From NCBI RefSeq assembly GCF_020745735.1, contig NC_083409.1, forward strand, positions 13,329,259 to 13,393,258: a DNA stretch of 64,000 nucleotides, in the 5' to 3' direction. The stretch comes from Hemiscyllium ocellatum (lineage: Eukaryota). Under the pieces are notes generated by a model. That model was not told the DNA's origin, made no database searches, and worked only from the letters and a program-made list of their open reading frames with translations. The translations under genes and the position numbers were made by a program. Shown in pieces: positions 59,281-64,000 of the stretch (positions are counted from its first letter, which is position 1; each line of letters opens with the position of its first letter).

Positions 59281-62200
59281 GGGATACCGATGGTGGACTG
59301 GGGGACACCTGACGAAGGAGCAGCAATTCGAAAACTTGGGATTTAAAATGAACCTCTTGAGCTGGAGCCTGGTGTTGTGTGCAACTTTGTATTGTACGGG
59401 CACAGTGAAACAGCTGCCTTCCAGTAACTATAGAGTATTTGCAATGCAGCTGAGGAGTTTGGGTAACGACTCCTTCCATTAGCCGCAAACAAACCCGCAG
59501 TCATTCCTGTGGATTCCAGTGGGAATGACCTGTCAGTTGCTTCCCAGATATTACATGGTTCACCATCGCCATCTCCAGGACAGTTTGGGAAGAGCAACAA
59601 ATAACCGACACTCAACGCCTACCCCATCCCAGGAGAAATAAAAATAAATGACTTACAATTCAAATGATCAAACTGGTGAAGCTTGAATTCATCTCTTTGA
59701 AAGACTGGAGCCTTGCCCAGAAACAAAGCCTGGAAATGGGAGAACCTGGTTTGTCAGACTGCAAGGTGGTGAATCTGGTTTGTAAGACTGCAAGGTGGAG
59801 TGTCCTTCGGATTAGCAGTGGGATCAGCAAAAAAACATCGTTCGCAAAGATCTAAAAAACAGCCATCAAAGCATGCCCCAAAAGTGCAAAGATCAGTATT
59901 TGAAGTTCCACGTCTCCATCTCTATCCTTGCTTGTTGCTCTTCCCTAATTGTCCTGCAGAGGGCGGTAATGAGCCATGAGTGTCTCGAAGAGGATCTGAC
60001 AGAGGGACAAGGTCATGTTCCTCGGCCTGAGCACAACTGCCTGACCTGCTGTGCTTTTCCAGCGCCACACTTTTCGATCACGAGCACAACTATCCCTCAG
60101 CAGAATGAGCTGTGGCACAAGAGGAAACGTGGGAGTGTTGGAAAGGCACCGGCAGCCTGGTCAGCCTGCAGAGGGGCAGAAACAGATTTGATGAATGAGC
60201 TGATATCCTCCCGAGCTGAGATGCAGACTCAGGCTTTCAGAGCCACACAGTTTACATTGTTACTGACCGTGGCTCCATGGGCAATGCTCCTGGCCCATAG
60301 TCAAAATGGTCATCGGATTGAAAGCCACCTCAGAAATGAGAACACAGAATCCAGGCTGAGACTGTGGTGCACTGCTGAAAGTTGCACAGTCTCTGGCACC
60401 ATCATTTGAGTCTCCACCACCACCACACCCCGACCATCCCCACCCCCACCTCAGGGGGCTCGACAAGATCCCATTCTGAAGAGATTCCCTCGGGTGTCCT
60501 GTTCAATATTCAACTAGTGCCAACAAAACAGATTTGTTTTGTCATTCATTTACTGCCTGTGGGACCTTACCATCTTGTCCGTGAACGTGACTGCTCTATG
60601 CTCACAGCTTTGAATATCCTGAGATGATTAAAAAAAACTGCACCAAGAGTTCTTTCCTCATTATCATGTAAAAGGAAAGCAATTAGCAAGTGATAATGCA
60701 CACTGAGCGTAAACACTGAAGCTTCAGCTGAAAGGCTTTTTGCACCATGTTAACCTGCTCCTTGGGCATTTCCTTCCAATGTCCGAGATGGTTATCAGGC
60801 TGGGATGGAGGCTGACAGATCACATGGAGTCCTTCAGGCAAGGTACACAAGGGCACAGTCCAGGCTTGTTGCAAATCTTGAAGGGCTGGGAGATTCTCTG
60901 TGGCAGTTTCTCGTGCACATCCTCCATGGAATTATCACAGATTTTACTGAAATGGAATTAACTCAGAGAGGGGAAGGAAATGGGAAGAATTAACCAGAGA
61001 AGGGTGAGCATCAAGAGAGGTGGGAGTGTGTGGAAAATTCAGTGCCATTAAAATTTCCAACTGGGTTTCACACGGAAAACTCAAATCGTTACCAGGATAT
61101 AACAGGGAGAATCCTCACTGACATAAACAGGCTGAGTGTCAGAAACCCTAAGCCTCCGGTGCCCGACTCTCTCTGAGGCATTACAGTTAAGGACTGTTCA
61201 TGTGTCAATAAGGGAGACTTGGTGACATGGAGTTGCGTCATGATTAATGACCGGAGAGGCACAGATTAAAGATAAATGGCCAAATGTTAAGAGGGAAGAT
61301 AAGGAAACACATTTTGACCCGGAGGGTGGTGACAGTCTGGGGCTCACTCCCTGTAAGGGTGGTTGGGGCAGAAACTCTCCCATAACATTGACGTATTTCG
61401 ATGTGAAACTGTGATGCCAAGGTATACAGGGCTACAGGCCGAATGCTGGAACATGGAATTAGAATGGTGAGGTGGTGGTTTTGACTGGCTTTGGCTCATT
61501 GGGCCAAAGGGCCTTGTTCTTGTAGACCTGTGGCAGATGTCTGACTCTGCCAGGACTCCAGCAATGTGGCTGACCCTTACCTGCCATTTGAAAGGCCCAG
61601 CAAGCCACTCAGTTTCAGGGCAGTTAGGGATGGAGAACAAATCCAGTGACACCCACATCCCAGGAAAGAATAAACAGCCTCAGTAACACCGTCACCTGAA
61701 CCTGCAGGTTTTCATGTCTCACTCCAGAGACTGGAGCACTGACGAGAGGCTGGTAAGGGCAAAGATGCCATCTGCTGGATAATCGGTTAAACCACTGCCC
61801 TCTCAGGTTAATGTGAATGTAAGGCTTTTCTGATCATCTCAGACAAAACCCCCACCCCCCCCCCACCACCCCCCCCACCACCCCCCCCCCCCCCCACAGT
61901 GTGCTGACCAATACTTCTCTTATAACCAATGGCATCAACACAAATACAAAAACAAAATACTGCAAATCTCAAATAGAAGCGCGATGTTGGAAAAACGGAA
62001 CAGGTGCAGCCTCTGTGGGGAAAGGAGGAATTAACTTTTTGAGGTTCAGTGATGTTTTATCAAAAAAGCAGCAGCATTTTATTTTTTTCCATTTTAAGTT
62101 GTTTTATTTATCTTATTTAAATTTTGTTTATCAAATTTTAGCCCGCTTGATTGGCACCACTTCTACACACATCCATTCCCTCCACACCAACACTCAGTAA

Positions 62201-63574
62201 CATCTGTGTGTTCTATTTACAAGATGCACTCCAATAAATTCATCAAAAGTCCTGAGGGAACACCTTCTAAACCCATGATTACTTGAATCAAGATGGACAA
62301 GGGCAGAAGATACAATGGGAACATCACCCCAGCAAGTTCCCTCTAAGCTATTCACCAGTTTAACTTGGAAATATCATCACTGGGTCAGAATTCTGGAATT
62401 CCCTTCCTCAGGACATTGTGGGTCTACCTACAGCACAGGACAAGTAAAGATGGACAGTAAAAAGGCTTGTAAAAGTAACAGTAGGTGTGATTTGGGACCA
62501 GAAAGTGAGACTGTGATGTTTCAGTTATTCCTGGACATTGGTGTGATCACATCTCAAATACTGTATTGTGTGTAGTTTTGGTCTCCTTATTGAAGGAAGA
62601 ATATAAATGCATTGGAGGTGGTTCACAGGAGTTTTACCAGATTGATCCCTGGTATGAGTGGGCTGTGTGATGAGGAAGGATTGGAAAGGCTGGCCTTGTT
62701 CTCAGTGGGGTTTAGAAGAGTGGGGGGTTTTTCTGTCCCACTGTATTCTCCAACCCCCATCTGCCTCCCTCGTGAGTCATACCCTCCTGCCCCTTACTAC
62801 ACGAGGAATTGAACTGTTTAGTCTTGAGGCCTATAACTTCCTTCTGGAACTAATCCTCCAGGTATCTCCGGCACTCCCTGATGTATCACTGCTTTTTCAA
62901 TTCAGCCTTCATTCCAAACACCCTGCGTGGGAGCTCCTGTAGTTTTATACATTCACTGCAGATGTATTTACCCTGAATCATTTCAATGCAATAAAGAAAT
63001 GTTGATCTCACTTACAAATGAAAAATATCCATTCCTTCATTAGAGCAGTAATTGTCTTCAGTCTGTTTCAGTCTACTTTCCATTTATTAAACTTCCCTAA
63101 TGGACATGTCCTGAAGCAGTCTATTTATACAGCCCCTCAAACTAAACAAATCCAGATTCCTATTTTCTTGTTTATCATTTTGTTTCATTCAAACCAAGTG
63201 CATGTGCAGGCTCCCATCAGCTGAAGTGACAGTTCCAAATCAGGTTGGAAAAGCAAAGGTAGACTCCTTCTCTGAGTTCACCAAACTACCACACTGACCA
63301 GCATTCCCCTCTGTGCTGGCTGCACCTAGTGCGAGCTGCAGTATATAGGCTGCCCTGTACTTATACTGTTTCTGATTTATATTACTCCATTCTGTTGTGC
63401 TGTTGTTCAGGATATGGGTTAAGCTCACTCATTTCTCAATCGAAGGCTTCCTTCTTTCAGCCTGAGAGAGACTTTACATTTGCAAACAGGAAATATGACT
63501 TCAATGCTGGAATCTGTTCTCAGGATTGATGCGCTCGATGATTTGATTCAGTGAAATAACCTCGTCGAATCTCT

Positions 63575-63990
63575 TCAGGGGCCGACATTTTAGGCGTAAC
63601 TCTTCTTCAGGAAGAGGGGAATAGGTGTGAGGGGAGTTGCAGATAAAGGGGTGGGTTGGAGTGAGGTAGTGAGGTGGTGAGGTGGGGATAGGTTGAGAAA
63701 GATAGAGAGAATTACCTGATTTGTTGATGGGAGAAATGAATCCAGAATCATCCCTCCCCTCGACCAACCAGGTCCTATCCTCTACCTGTCTCCACCTATC
63801 CCCACCTAACCACCCTGGCCCCACCACTCCCTTTATCTGCAGCTCCCCCAACACCCACCCACCCCACTTCCTGAAGAAAGGTTACACCAAAAACGTCAAC
63901 ATCTCCACCTCCGGAGGTTTCCTGGTTTGCTGTGTTCTCCCAGCCTCCTGCTTGTTAACCTTGGATTCTAGCATTTGCAGTTTTTTTTGT
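63575..63990. mobile_element. Head-to-head inverted pair of Penelope tails
   Basis: Purine-rich left arm mirrors pyrimidine-rich right arm; degenerate CTGAAGA...AAAAC cores on both strands. Confidence 0.65.
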
Positions 63991-64000
63991 CTCTAATCTC

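Noticed and set aside
59348-59482. Signal-peptide-like ORF MNLLSWSLVLCATLYCTG as an Ig leader/V
   Set aside because: No intron, no downstream Cys/Trp framework, and an early stop.
61895-61901. CACAGTG heptamer upstream of the C exon as a J RSS
   Set aside because: No nonamer at 12 or 23 bp, and the adjacent sequence is a poly-C tract rather than a J segment.

Overview
Eukaryotic, repeat-rich DNA from a cartilaginous fish. The shark assignment is inferred from HE1-type SINEs, CR1 LINEs, Penelope-like elements and a shark-type Ig light-chain C exon; a carpet shark is plausible but unproven. (1) About 2.3-29.2 kb, minus strand: a CEP350-like locus with 14 phase-compatible, stop-free exons (2144 nt, about 714 codons). 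It lacks the roughly 1100-aa block between exon 5 and the mid-protein exons. Its first coding exon is tandemly duplicated and has TTG where the ATG should be. (2) About 35-47.5 kb: two inverted copies of a ~2.3 kb unit flank an endogenous-retrovirus remnant (env in one frame with 4 stops, PPT and 3' LTR; no recognisable pol or matching 5' LTR). A third partial copy of the unit lies at 58.7-59.3 kb. (3) 48.3-51.4 kb: a long, degraded Penelope-like retroelement. Several short palindromic Penelope-tail elements across the window carry hammerhead-ribozyme cores. (4) 55.6-55.9 kb, minus strand: an inactivated kappa-type (type III/NS4-like) Ig light-chain constant exon with no V, J or RSS visible in the window, next to a 43-bp minisatellite and Tx1-like LINE fragments. 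Protein assignments come from recalled homolog sequences, not from a database search.
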